64,000 nt of DNA, taken from Marsupella aquatica. Taxonomy: Eukaryota; Plantae; Marchantiophyta. A program made the translations under genes and the position numbers. Each line of letters begins with the position of its first letter. Position 1 is the first letter of the stretch. Below, in pieces: positions 13,366-28,700 of this stretch. The notes beneath the pieces are model-generated. The model saw only the letters and a program-made list of their open reading frames with translations, was not told the DNA's origin and did no database searches. The DNA lies in contig OZ316893.1 of assembly GCA_973895155.1 (NCBI GenBank), positions 25,780,798-25,844,797 of the forward strand, written 5' to 3'.

Positions 13366-15413
13366 TGTAGGTGTAGTCTTTGGCGACAATCTATGCATTT
13401 AATAGCACGACCAACCGATCGCTATAATAATGCTCGCCGGTCTTGGCTGAGATGAGAAGTCCACTCCCCTCCGAGAACTCGATCATGCCAGTAGTATTTG
13501 CAAGCTACCTACCTGAACCATCCTCAACGGGAAAGCCAGCCAGTCAGCCAGTCAGCCGGCCAGCGGGTCCAAGTCCACTTCCACAACGTCAACATTGCAC
13601 GACAGGCAAGGTACGAACAACCAGTTTGCGATCTCAACTCCAATCAAGAATTATTAAGGGACAAAAAAAGGGGAACTTGCTTCTGTACCGTTGGCAAAAG
13701 TCTTGCTGTGGAGGTGATTTTCTTACCGTTTCTAGAGCAGTTCAGTCCTTCCACCTTTTCAGTAATGGAGTAGTACGAAGGAAGGGGCAGAAGAGAGGAT
13801 TCAGAGCAGGCCACCGACACACGCAATTCCCGGCCATGCATGCACGGCTACGAGGAGCTCCAACCGGAGCAGTTCAGCGTGATTTAACAGCAAAGCAACG
13901 ACGAGCTGAGAGGCCGAATGTGCAGCAGAGCCAAATCAGCCAGTAATAATCCTCCATTCCTGCAGTCTGCTACGGTAAGAAAGATCGTGCTGTCGCCGTA
14001 TGTATGTCGGATACTTGGATCCCTGCCGCCCTGCGGCATTCAGTGTCTTGCACGTGAGAGAGTTTGTGACAGCGAAACTTTATGAATTATGATCATGATC
14101 ACGGCAGTGTAGACCTGTACCGCTCAATGCCGCAATGGAGCACTGTCATACTGTACAGAATCCGTATGCGGAGGGAGCAACTGAGGCCTTAGAGAAACGG
14201 ACTGTGGTTGACTATGGTAGTTGTTTGTTAAATTATTGAATGTTAAGGATGTTTATGAATACCACATAGGTTCTCTCTGTTGCACACGAGAAGGGAATTT
14301 CCCATTCTTGAGCTCAGATGAACTTAGTGACTTACTAATAAGTGCAATCAAGAGTGGTGGAGCTCAATAGTCATTGAACGCCACCATTCTTAATTGCACT
14401 GATCACTAAGTTCTTGGTAGCATCCTTCGGCTCAGTTTGGCTCACACCAGTCCGCATGCACTGCGCCAGCTGAGGTGCGTGCAGAGCTCCGGCAACGCCT
14501 CACAGTTCACACGTACAGAAGAACATTGATACTGAAATGTCTGAATTGAATGAATAAATCGGACGTGGTGCAGGAGAGCGTACGCAGTACAGGACCCCGA
14601 CTGAGGACTGGTCCAGCCGGCCAATCTTCTACAGTAGTACTGCACTACTGATGGTACTTGTCGTCCGATGGCTAGCTGCTTGGCTGGCTCTTGTAGGGAG
14701 AATGTGGGGTGCCTGCATGGGAAGGGCCTCCTCTCCAGCTCTCCTACACTCGACTTTGATTTCGCCGTGTATCTACCACCTTGATGTTAGGAGTTAAGGC
14801 GAGGTGGAGTAGAATAGAATGATAGATAGTGAGTGATTGTGAGTAAGTGACCGATCACCGATGGGAGATGAGTGGACTGGCTGGCCCAATTGGAGAGCGC
14901 ATGCATTGATTTTCTTGTACTATGGGTCCGTATTCATTTGGTTGCTCATGCGATCCGCCATCTTGTGCTTGACGTGATTCTCTATAGTGTAATGGCAGTG
15001 GCGGACTGTCTGTGATCCAACTTTAGTTGGAGGAGGCTACGGACCTACAGGACCGTCCTATCCGGGAGGTTCCAGGGAGCACCCGGGTTCACCTGTCGTG
15101 TAGCCGCTCGTGTTGTCGCTGAGGGTCTGTCACTCTGCCTGTCTCGGACTTCGAGCTGCCTGAATTTGTCCTGACATGCAACGAGCAATTCAGTGATGAG
15201 TCGTCTAGCTCCAGTCCACCACTGTGGACTTGAATGACGAGAGCTGGAGAGACTCAGCCGGAGAGAGCCGGCTTTCAGTCGTGAAGGAACACCCTTCGAG
15301 TCTCCAAGACAGATACAATACACAGAGAGAGCTTTCTGAGGGTCGATGTGAGCTGCTGTGGAATTTGTTCATTCACTGGAAGAAGCGCAAGGAGTCGCGG
15401 GGAGCTAGGCGAC

Positions 15414-18400
15414 ATGGAATGCAAAAAGTCCACCGGTAGTATGGTGCTAGTGACATGGGTACTTGCGTCGCTGCTACTACAGGCCAGTACATTGTGTTTA
15501 GCATGGAACACAGACGGCCACGAAATAATTTGCAATCTGGCCCGTGTAAGTAGCTCATCTGCAGAAGGAATTCTCACCCCCCATTTTCCCTACTGCCTAT
15601 TCCAGTCCCGCTCTGGTCCCGCATTCCCCTTGTTTTTGTCATTTTTTTCTTTCCTCCGGATGTCTTTAGGAGTCCAACACCAATGTGAATGGCACTTTCC
15701 TCAATTTTGTAGGCGAAGTTGAGAAAGATTGGCTGCCGAGGACGCCCTTACCTGTCATTTCGCTTGAAAGCTAGTCTTCACCCCCTACAACTGCCAGTCT
15801 CATGTTCTTCCCCTCATCTCAGCGATGTGTCCTGCAAGTCATACGTACTATGGTTCTCTTTCTATGTGTTGCCTTAGTCTTTAGAGTAAAATCAATAGTG
15901 GTCTTGTCCATTGCTGGCGAATGGTCTTGTGCCATCCACAGTTGGGCATCCTAAGGGTGCAGCTGATCCCGGTCTCGATCAACCGGTACTGTTGGTAGAT
16001 TGCAAGTAGCAATCTTGCTTTTTACCTTGGAACTGTCCGTGAATAAGAGGGCGAATTTCTTTAACATTATTGCAGGAAAATACATCCTAGTAGCCTCGTT
16101 TCACTAAAGAGTGCTTCTCCTCGTAAATGTAAGTTGTCCTGCTCTGTACGAAAGTAAACGTTTCTCAGCTCGTAACCCCATCCGCCCCGACTGTCAGCTG
16201 TACGGGTGATACCCATTTCAGCTATAGCAAAACTCAAGCTCAATCTTCTTGAGAAGTTGATGAGTCGGTCAGGGTTCCTCATGCCACGGTTCTTTTGTCA
16301 TTTCGTTCCTCTTGTAACTGAGAAACACTTAGTGCAACTCTGGTGATTCTCTGCCTGAGTTCGATCGACAGCAATGTATGTTATTCTGGCTTGGTTTTGA
16401 AAGGTTTCTTACTCAATTAGTCAGCATAAGAGAATGATGCTCCGTTACAACTTGGGCGATTTTACTCACAGCGTTTGGGTGTCTCTGCATTGCAGCCCAT
16501 GATAACACCGGCAACCATGGCACAAGTGAACAACCTCATGAATGGCCAATTCCAACACAATTTCTCTACTTTATGTACATGGGGAGAAGAGGTGCAGTAT
16601 CTTCCGCGGTACAGCTGGAGCCCCCCTTTGCACTCCGTTAACACTCCTGACAAGCTCTGCTCGTACAACTACTCGCGTAAGTCTCTGCTCTCCTACTCAC
16701 TACCTGTTGGGATGGGAGCTATACTAATACATACGGAAAAGTTCTCGAGATCTAAAATCTTAAACCCTCACCCGAACTGAAGCTCAATGGTCTCCGAAAT
16801 CCAATCTCGTTCAAGAGATTCATTGGAGATCTGCATCATTGGAATCTCAAAGAGAGGAGCGATGTAGAAATCGTGATCCCTGAAGGGCCGACGCTCACAT
16901 CCGGAAAGGCGGACACTTCGCGCTTCTACTTGGCGATCTGTTTCGGTTCCGCAAGCATGTTCATGACTTGAGGCATTTTGGTGCAGCATCAGCTATTAAT
17001 TTGGGAAGGAGCCATACCATTATTGCTTTGCTACACTTGCTCCAACAATGAACGAATGCTTCTCAAAAATGAAGAATCCATAAGCAATTGGATTTCTACT
17101 GGAGGACACACGTCTAGCTATGTAGAAAATCTTGATTGCGGATGGCGACGATTGGTATCATCTTTGGATTGGAATTCGGATCCGTCGAGTTGTTTGGCAG
17201 GATGAGTTTTAGGATCCGCACCCGAGAAAATGACGGCCGTGAATTTTCTTTAACTTATCTAAGGGGCCAGTCGTTTCAGGAGTGGGACTGTCTCATTACT
17301 CACACATGCATGAAACCACGTTCGTCAATGATTGGAAACCAATTTCTAATTGGTATCGTTTTGCCACTTACAGGCGATTGCGTTGGTGTCTTCGGAGAGC
17401 CGAACTTTTGCGCGTCCGGAGCCATTAAAAATTACACGTCGCAACTGGTTGATCCCAGTTCTCCATGTATGTTGGCCACACTAGTTTTAGCATGGTGATC
17501 TATTTAACCGTTGTGCTTGCCTCATCATTTGAGGCTTCGAAACCTCCATCAAAACTGTATCTTGCCACTTCCCATATTTCCCCTTCCAGTTCCACGTTTC
17601 ACCATTGTATGTCAAACAAGGGATTCATGCTCATTGCTGTGCAGATAACAAAACGGAGGCACTGCTGTTTATGGCGAATATTATGGGCGACATCCACCAG
17701 GTAATTGTTCTACATGGGTGTATTACTATTTTAGTACGTGCACTGGCCTTTTAACCTCTACTTGAGGTTGGAACCAAGCATCAGTATGTAATAAAGAAAT
17801 CTTTAATTACATGGAGGAGAGGATTCGGTTACTACCTCGATTCCTGGAAGGAACAGGTAGGAAGCAATTTGAGTCAATTCCGAGTTTCAAACACTTGAGC
17901 TTGCTAACGCATGCATCTTTGCTTCATGTACTACAGCCATTGCGTTGTGGATTTATTGGAGATGGCGGTGGTTCGTTTATTGACGTTTGGTGGATGAACA
18001 CTCAGAACGGCAGCATGACCGATCTATTTTCTGTAAGACTTGTAACCGAGAACCACATTTTCACGATAGCTAGTCAGTCCCTAGCTGTTATTGCCGATGA
18101 AAGATCATAATTAGTCTAATTCTATAATTGTTGGAACCGCATGAATGTACAGTGCTTTGCTCTAGGCTATTCAATGTTCTTTGTGGTGTTTTGATACTGC
18201 ACTTCAAATGTTTACATGGGCCCTATCACTTTTCGGTGATACTTCTGGAATGATCCCTACATGAAAACTAAAAGAAACTCAAATGTGTAGGGCATTGCCC
18301 CTGCACTTGATGACTGTGCTGTTCTAATTCCCAAGTTTGATTGATTGACTTTAACCCGGATCTAAATGTGTTCGCAGGTGTGGGATTCTCATATAGTCCA

Positions 18401-19654
18401 TGAAGCATTTGAGCGTTCCTTCAATCAGAGCAATCCAACATACAATGAGACATTAGTAGACATACTTGGGAACATGTCGCTCGCAATATACTCAGGCCTT
18501 ACGGTGAGTATGCTTTAGAGGTTGTCGTTGGCTATGTTGGTCATAACGTGAGCTAGTTGGAGCTTCTCAACCTTCCTAAGTCTCCTGTAGTATAAACCTC
18601 TGATATGGTTATTTTACCAACAGGCTGCAGATGTCACAGCATGGAGTCCATGCCCAGCAGGCCCTGCCTCATGCCCTGACATGTAAGTGTTCTCCTAACA
18701 CTTCACAAACGGCATTCTCGGTGCAAAGTTTCACACCCATCCATGAGGGTTAGTTGATATTTGATAGGTGTAATATCTGGGTGATCGTATAAACGACTGA
18801 TATTTTCCAGCATTCACTTGATCCTCCTTTTCTCTTGGGGGATTATGTAGGTTGCCCCATTCCCTGTCAAGACGTAAGACAACATACGCATCCAACCTTG
18901 ATATGGAATGTACTCGGTTGCGAGCCTCCTAGAAACTGAGAAAAATTGAGAATGCAAGTCGAAGTATGAGGGCCTGCTGACGATTGTGATGTCTTCAATG
19001 TGCTACTTCCAGGTATGCTACAGAAAGCATTCAACTGGCATGTCAATATGCTTATGCTGGTGTAACTGCAAACCAGATTCTTACAGGTGTGCTACAGACC
19101 AGATTCTTACAGACATTGTAGTAGTGTCTTGGTTAAGTCCGTACTCATTTTTAAACTCCAAAAATGAACTGAAATTAAACCCATGTCATTCCTTGTTTAC
19201 ATGATGTTGCCCATAATTTTGTCTGGATTCCATGTCGAACCCAGTCTGAAGTCACACTGACCAGCATCTGGAAATATTCGGTCATTTACAGTTTGATCAT
19301 TTACATCTGCGATGTCCATTGGCAGATCCATACTTTAACACAGGACTGCCAATAGTGGAGAAAAGATTGCTTCAAGCGGGTGTGAGACTGGCAGCAACTC
19401 TGAATAGGATATTTGATCCTACTTATGTATCACCCCCATTGGCTCCAGCTCCTGGAACACCAGTTCCGACACCATCACTTCCTCCAGTACCAGTTCCTTC
19501 AGCACCACTGAATGCCTCAGCACCTACTACAGCACCTGCTCCAACAGTTGCTCCCGGAGCACCTGCCCCTACAGTATCTGTTCCTACAGTACCAGCTCCA
19601 AATGCCGCAGTACTTGGGACACCAATGCTTACTCCGATCCCATCAATGGGCTAA
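15414..19654 (+). CDS. Secreted S1/P1 nuclease family (ENDO/BFN-like) protein with substituted Zn ligands and a Pro-rich C-terminal tail, about 381 aa, 9 exons
   Basis: Exons 15414-15545, 16496-16676, 17374-17466, 17645-17700, 17937-18032, 18378-18503, 18624-18682, 19013-19086, 19326-19654; all GT-AG, 1146 nt, no stops. Signal peptide then WNTDGH. Family motifs WSPPLHSVNTPD, CASGAIKNYTSQL, TEALLF...GDIHQPL, VWDS, YATESIQLACQYAY, PIVEKRLLQAGVRLAATLNRIF. Confidence 0.92.
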
Positions 19655-21319
19655 GGTGGGTTGGTTAACTCGTACTTTGGATGCCTTGTGTATAGAATTT
19701 GAAGCATTAAGTATCGTAATATCGTTGATCGTAAATTGGACTGGTGAAGAAACGATATGTATAGTTCAATGTATATTATACGATATTACGAAACTATTAC
19801 TTATCACCAGTCCATATTACGAAAGTTGGGCTGGTGGAGAAACGATATGTATAGTTATTAGGATGCTAACGCACCTACGTCCAGATTACGTACAAATATG
19901 GTCTTGTTTTAAACGCACTTGGTGAATCCTGTTTCTTTAAAGGTGTAGCCTGCGTGGTTTGCATGGCAGGCAATGAACATGCACAAAGTTAAGTATCTCA
20001 AAAAAGAAGGTTTTGGGGCAATTTAAGTACATTTCAAGATTGAGAATTCTAAGGAGTATGAAACTTTTGACACTGTTTGGCGCAGGTTAATGTGATACTT
20101 TGAACGACGGCTACCAGTGCCCGATATTCTTTGCCAGACACTAAAAATTTTGACTTCAAGTAAATGGAGGGTAAAGCAAATAGACTTCCCATGACATGAA
20201 TTTGAGGAGTCACCAAATGTAAGCAGCACCAAGGTCAAAATATGACTGTCGGATAGAAGTTTAGGACTGTCACCTAGGTATTATTGTATTTACAGTATAA
20301 TTTAGAGATTTAGTAGTTAATCAGACAATAACACGCTAGACAAACTTCAATCGACTTTTCATCCAAGAAGTTCGACAAATTCAGTTGGGCTTATTATCAA
20401 GAGAATAAATATCGCCTCCTCTCCAGATCTAAGTTACTGGTTTTGCTTATGAAGTACTTGTGAGAGAGACTCCGTTTTTGAGGGTTCTTGTTTCCCGACG
20501 CTGTTTTGGAGTCCGTGCACATGAATGTAATCTGAGCAAATTGTATTTCTTCATGATTTTTTTAAGCTTCGAATATAGATCCTCTCTTAGCTCTTTAGCA
20601 TGGAGGTGAGAGCGCCCACCCATCTTCACAACGATTGGGATATAAACTATTATAACATGATAATTTGTTCAATCCACCTGCTGCCTTACACATTCGCTAC
20701 CCCGTAACTTCTTTATGCAGATACTACCATGATTTGCCTACAAGTCCGGATACAGAAATGTTTCTTCACCATTGAAGGTGTTTTTGTATCTATCCCAGCG
20801 CTGCAGCCCAGAAAACAGGGAAACTGACATTACATCTATCTGTTTTCGTGGGGGCGCTTATCTCTTATCTGTTTTTTGGGGGGACACTTGCAATGAATAG
20901 TATTGTTCGACAACGGTAGCACGTCACGTCTGTCTTCAAGTAATGCCTACAAACTAATAGTTACATTGGTAGACGTGGGCTGACAAAACAAGCTCAGTAT
21001 AGGTTGACCTGCAAATATAATTACTAGGTGTCAAACAATCTATCAGCAGCAGGTTTTGGATTCTCAAATTTCCGAAGGAAAAGCTTACTTGGGAAATCAT
21101 TCCAGAATGTTAGGAAAGTGACTGATTCGCTAAACTGAACAAACTTCTTACGCCAAAGTCGACCACTGTTGCAGAGGTTCCCAGTATAGACAAGGGACTG
21201 ACTGGAGCTGCAAACTGTCAACTCTGAACTGGGACTGCTCAAGCTAGGTATGAGTTTTAGGGTTCAGGGCCAAAGCTCACACACTGAGCACTAATAAAAG
21301 GTAGTCTCATGGAATTTTG

Positions 21320-21550
21320 AACGGCAACACTTACAGTAGCTCTTCGTCAGCAGAACCCTCTCAAGGAATTGATTCCTAGCTTACCAAGAAGTAGAGTTCC
21401 CTAGCGAGACTTTTAGATCGGATCACAAATTAACATTGAAGCACTTAGCTCTTCATGAGCTTTCTCCCTCTCAATGAATTGATTCCTTGCTTACCATGTA
21501 CTAAAGTTCCCTGGCTAGACTTTTAGATCCGATCATAAATTAACATTGCA
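21320..21550. repeat. Two-copy ~120-bp tandem duplication
   Basis: CCCTCTCAA.GAATTGATTCCT.GCTTACCA...AGTTCCCT.GC.AGACTTTTAGATC.GATCA.AAATTAACATTG is repeated. Confidence 0.75.
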
Positions 21551-22737
21551 GTTAGGCACTTTCTGACAAACCGCTATAGGGCATCCAACAGGAAATACGT
21601 TGTGTCCAACTTTGTGTAATACTTGTAATATGAGGCGAGTGAGTTACCGACAAGGATTCTATGGCTAGGACAAACCTTCCGGACTTTCTGTCCACTTTAC
21701 GTAAGAGAATTACTATCAAAGACAAATGATTTTATGGCTGGGATAGAAACCTTATGGGCTACCACATCCTCCCCAAGGACTAGATTTTCAAGAATTAAAT
21801 ACTCAAAAAATCACAACCATAAAACCTTTATTGTAAGGATCAGGCCAGGTGTTCAAATAATCACAGCCAAAAGACCTTGCTTATGACCTTTTGAGGCACC
21901 CTCTTGAGTTTTGTTGGCGATGGCCTTGCTTTGCAACTATTGAGTTTTATTGGCAATGGCCTTGCTTAAACGACTGAGAGCAAATGATTTTATGGCTGGG
22001 ATAGAAATCTTATGGGCTCTCAGAAACCTTATTGCTGATTAAATTATGCTGGTCCTTCTGCGGAGATCTCTGTCAAGGCATGTCATTGTGGAGTCGAATG
22101 TCAACCACAAACTAATATTTCTCATGTGCGTAAACCAGCCCACGTCCAGGGTACCACACCATTGATAATTTGGGACATGCGAATAGATCCTCACGATCCC
22201 AACGGCTGAAGTTAACGTGCCAAGTATTGATAGCCATCCAGCTCCACGACATGGAAAGTGAGAATTTGAATAATGTTGTAGGCAATTTTGAGGAAATCAT
22301 TTGAAGATGAATTTTCCAGGTAGAGTACTTTGCTTCTCCTGTGAAACCCAAACTTCTCGTAACCTCAACAAATACCTCTTGCAATATTGTAGTGATGTCA
22401 GACATAGAGTCTCTAGTTCTTGAGCTGGTCATTGAGCTACAACTCAATCTTATTGGCTCAACAACAGCTCTGTACTTTCAGTCCATGTCACAGTTCCAGT
22501 GACAATACTACCATTCATTTCTTCAAACATTATCTATCCTCTATTGGGGATTCTACCCTTCTGGCTTGCTTGCCTCGTACTTTCTCCAATTGGAGACTAC
22601 TAGCAATAGTCTCACGTTCATGACATTCCAGTCTTGAGAGAAATAATTGTCCTTCACCTACATCTAACTGTGTAGAAGAATGAATCATAATGAATCGAAA
22701 TCTTGAAGAATAAAAATTGCTACAGATGAATGATGAG

Positions 22738-24803
<2,066 letters not shown>

Positions 24804-25545
24804 CACCACAACTGCAAACACATGCACATGTACAGAAAACCCCAGCGATCAGCAATCAACAAAATTTGATCCCATAACCCCGAATTCGAGCCACTAAACC
24901 ACAAAACTGGTATTTCATCCACCCCATGCGTCCCTCCCACCCCAGAGGACACACAACCCATCAGTAAGATTCCCAAATTCGAACAAGTCGCTTACCCGTC
25001 GTATCATTTGTACCATTCTCCATGTTCTCCCAATGGAAGAAAATGCTCCTCCCTCAAATTGGTGTGAGAAGTGGGGTCTGACCACACGCACAATGTAAGT
25101 CCAGTACTAAAATCAATGTCTTGAACGAGCACGACAAGCAGGATACACACAAGTGCCGATCGGTCCGACAGATTCCCAGAGGCAGACCCAATTGCAAGGC
25201 ATATCAAATATAGATAGACGCTAATCAGAACAAGAGAGTAACATCAAGAGTGCGGAGTTGATGTAGGAACTCCTAACCACGCAATGGCAATTAATTAAGA
25301 TTGAGAAAGGGAAATCCTGAGAGCCTACACCACAGAAAAGTCGAGCAAAACCACCACAGACCAACCAAAGATGGCAACCTCTCCTTCCGTGACCTACAAA
25401 ACCAGGAGATCCGGACGGAAGCCACGACAGAAACAACTACTGAAATGAAAGTATCATATCTCTCCCCCCTCTCTCTCTATCTCTCCCTCTCTCTATGACC
25501 CACAACGAGATCCCCACAGAAAGAAAACCAGAGAGTGGTGGGGGC

Positions 25546-25575
25546 GGGCTGGGCTGGGCTGGGCTGGGCTGGGCT
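25546..25575. repeat. (GGGCT)6 microsatellite / tandem site-II-like TGGGCY motifs upstream of GSDA
   Basis: GGGCT repeated six times, just upstream of the CT/GA-rich tract (about 25460-25494) that probably marks the GSDA 5' UTR. Confidence 0.6.
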
Positions 25576-25690
25576 GTCGCAAGGCCCATGGGAAGTACAA
25601 TGGCGACCCCAAAAATTCCCTTCCAGACACGGGAGGAACGAAAGCGACAGAGCGTCTTCCATCATCAACAAGACCTGCAGGTCAGCACAG

Positions 25691-25735
25691 GGTGGTGCTT
25701 ACGGTGGTGCTTACGGTGGTGCTTACGGTGGTGCT
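25691..25735. repeat. 12-bp minisatellite (GGTGGTGCTTAC), about 3.7 copies
   Basis: Read directly from the sequence. Confidence 0.85.
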
Positions 25736-28700
25736 ACATACAGCACTGTAGATGCAGGGCAGGGACGGCCTAGCAGTAGATTAGCAGGATTCCAACAACA
25801 ACAGCAATGATTTGAACGAAGGGATGGCTGTCCTCCTTTTGGTTGCTCCCGTGTTGATGCGGTGGGTCAAAGCCTCATTAAACTGGAAGCAAGTGCGTCA
25901 CATGACAAGACAAGCGGAGGGCTCGAGGAGGACAATTCTGACCCACAGCAGGCTCACAAACACCACGAGATGATAGAAACACAGAAATGGAATGGAAGGG
26001 AATGGAAGGAACTGAAGAATGAAAGAGGGAGAACAAGCAGTCGTGTGACTTGTGAGAATTCTTATCGACTTTCAAGATGCGGATCCAAACGGGAGGAATG
26101 CTGTGGTGCACGTGTGAAGAAGAGGCTTGCCGTGTTGGCAACAACAACAGCCAACAACTGGTTACGAAAGGAACATAATTCCGTCCAATGATTCCAAATC
26201 AAACATCATTAGCAGAGGGCATTCCTTTCTATTTCCCCCAGATTTCAGGCAGGCAGTAAGGCCTGTTAGTCAGACTCCCGTTACGCTTGCCTCTGGGCTT
26301 CCTTCATCAACGCATTTTGCTCTTGTCCTTTAGAATGCTTCTTGAAACATTCCCCATGAGACCTCTGACCTCTCTCTCTTGTGGAAACTGGAAATTGGTG
26401 GAAGAGACAATATTATTGAGTTCCCTGCGAATCAATAAAGGCCATCTTGAACGGCTTTCCCCAGATTTCAGGCGGGCATCTCTCCCTGCTTTTTGCTGGG
26501 TCCTTCCTTGATAAATGCAGGAGTGAGCAGTGGGTACTGAGTGGTGTTCAACTTTCCTCTGGCCAAGGACTTTCTCAACAGCAATGTCTTGTATGGGACT
26601 CTTTGATTCTGTCTCTATGTGAAGATTTGGAGGAAGTTCCATAGAGAGCATATTTTACATCCCCAGGGAATCAAGGGGACTTGAAAGGTTCTGGGCCATG
26701 GGAATCAATTAAGTATCCATATCGATGGTCTTTATAGGAGACTCTCTTTATTTCCCCCTTTTTTTTTAGAGGAAATCCAAGAAAAAGTTTCTGGGCCATG
26801 GGAATTAATAGTAAGTTTCCATGTGGACTTTATAGGAGATTTTTTCCTTTTTTTAAGGAGAAATCCAAGAAACCCAACCAAAGGGAGGCAACAAAAGCCA
26901 CTTCTAATATTTGAACCCATGACCTATGAGTCCTTACTCAAGTGAGTTACCACTCAGCCATGCCTGTCTCCACAACAAGTGACTCTTGTCACATAAGAGC
27001 ATCAGCACTCGTGCCCTACATCCTGCTGAGGGTTGTTTTATCCAGGCTTGAAGCATATTTTGACTTGCACTAGTGGTAGGCATCATCGAGGTTTTTCTGG
27101 GCAGATGCATACAAGCTTCCATGCAATATATAACACCTAATATATCATTTTGGTTTTTAGTTTATTGTCATTGTTATGAGGTCTAACGCACCCTTAGTTT
27201 ACCCAGTTATATCATACCGGTAGAAATGTGAGTATATTATTTTTATTTTCTATTAGGATGTAGTACTTTTACTCTTTATTAGAATCATCATGGATTTAAA
27301 TGGAGGCTCAAATGATTTGTATGTTTCATTTTCTCTAGCGATTATTTGAATAATTGTCGTACAAGCTCAGTTGTAGACACATACTAATCTTCAGATATGG
27401 AGAAGATTTCAATATCATATTAGCATCATCAAAACCATTTGTGATACTCATCATTATATTAATTAGAATTATTATTTTAATCATCATCTACTATTTAGTG
27501 TCATGCATGGTTAACTTCATAAAATCAAACATGTTTTTTTCACAAATCATAGTCACCCAAACATTGGGAGTTTGCATTGTTGTTAACTCATAATTGAAGA
27601 TGATTGTTAGTTATAGTAGGTGCAAACATGTTTCATGATCAAAAACCCTTACAAGAATTCCAAAATAGTTTTTGAGCTGAGAACAAAGGAGTGTATTAGT
27701 GAGTTGCTTCATTACTATGAAATCTCGGCTCTCAACTTTTCTTTGGAGTGGCATTTGCATCCCTAGGTCATCCTCATAGGCTTTGCTTGTTGGTCTTCCT
27801 TGGGTTTTTCAAAATTTATGCGAAAGAACATTAGGTTTGTTTAAATCCAATTTTGAGACTTAGAAGAAAATATAGGATTTAAAACAAATTTAAAATACAT
27901 TCCAAGAATATTTCAAATCAAAAAGTGTAAAAAATTCAAAACTTTTTTTCTTAAGTTTTGGGTGTATGAAGCCTATACATGTTGCAGGTGATGGGGATCA
28001 CCATGTAGTGAGACCCCCAAGATAATACTTATATAGTCCTATATTATACACACTTTGATCAATTTTTTAAATACCTTGTTGAATATTAGAAAATAACATT
28101 TTTCCAAACTAGACTTTAAAATGCATTTAGTATAAAATTTTGGTTATAAGTAGTAGACCAACAAGATTAAAAACTCTTCATTTGTTTTGCCCTTAATTCT
28201 AATAGTTCAACGAATGATTTCCTAGGAGGTTCAATCTTCTCATTAATTTATTTAGCCCAACACTTAGGATGGATATGTAAAGTGCTTGATCAACCCTTTT
28301 CATTGATTTGTTATATAATTCTTCCACATCTGCAGAATCAAAGAAAATCTTGATGAAATTCCATAGATATGTGTGTTTATTTGTTAGAATGATTTCAATC
28401 ACTTTTAAAATGAAATAGGATAATTCAAATTTGTCTCAAACTTGCTTAGTGATAAAAAAAATTGGCTTCACTCTTTCTCAAAGTTGGATCACTATCATCC
28501 ACATCTCATACAACTTGAAATTAGCCTTAACTATCTGCTGCAAGTGTGACCAGTATAGGCAATGTTAAATTGTTTAGGGAGTATCATCATTATTCAAATC
28601 AAGTAACAATATGTTTTCCTCATTTTCTCAATTGGTAGCTCAACTTCAGTCTCTTGCTTTCTTCAAGAACTCCTTCATGATCTTTCTTAGTTGTTTTTCT

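Noticed and set aside
25535-25810. ORF with GWAGL and GGAY repeats resembling a glycine-rich protein
   Set aside because: Produced by the (GGGCT)n and 12-bp minisatellites in the GSDA upstream region; non-ATG start and no signal peptide.
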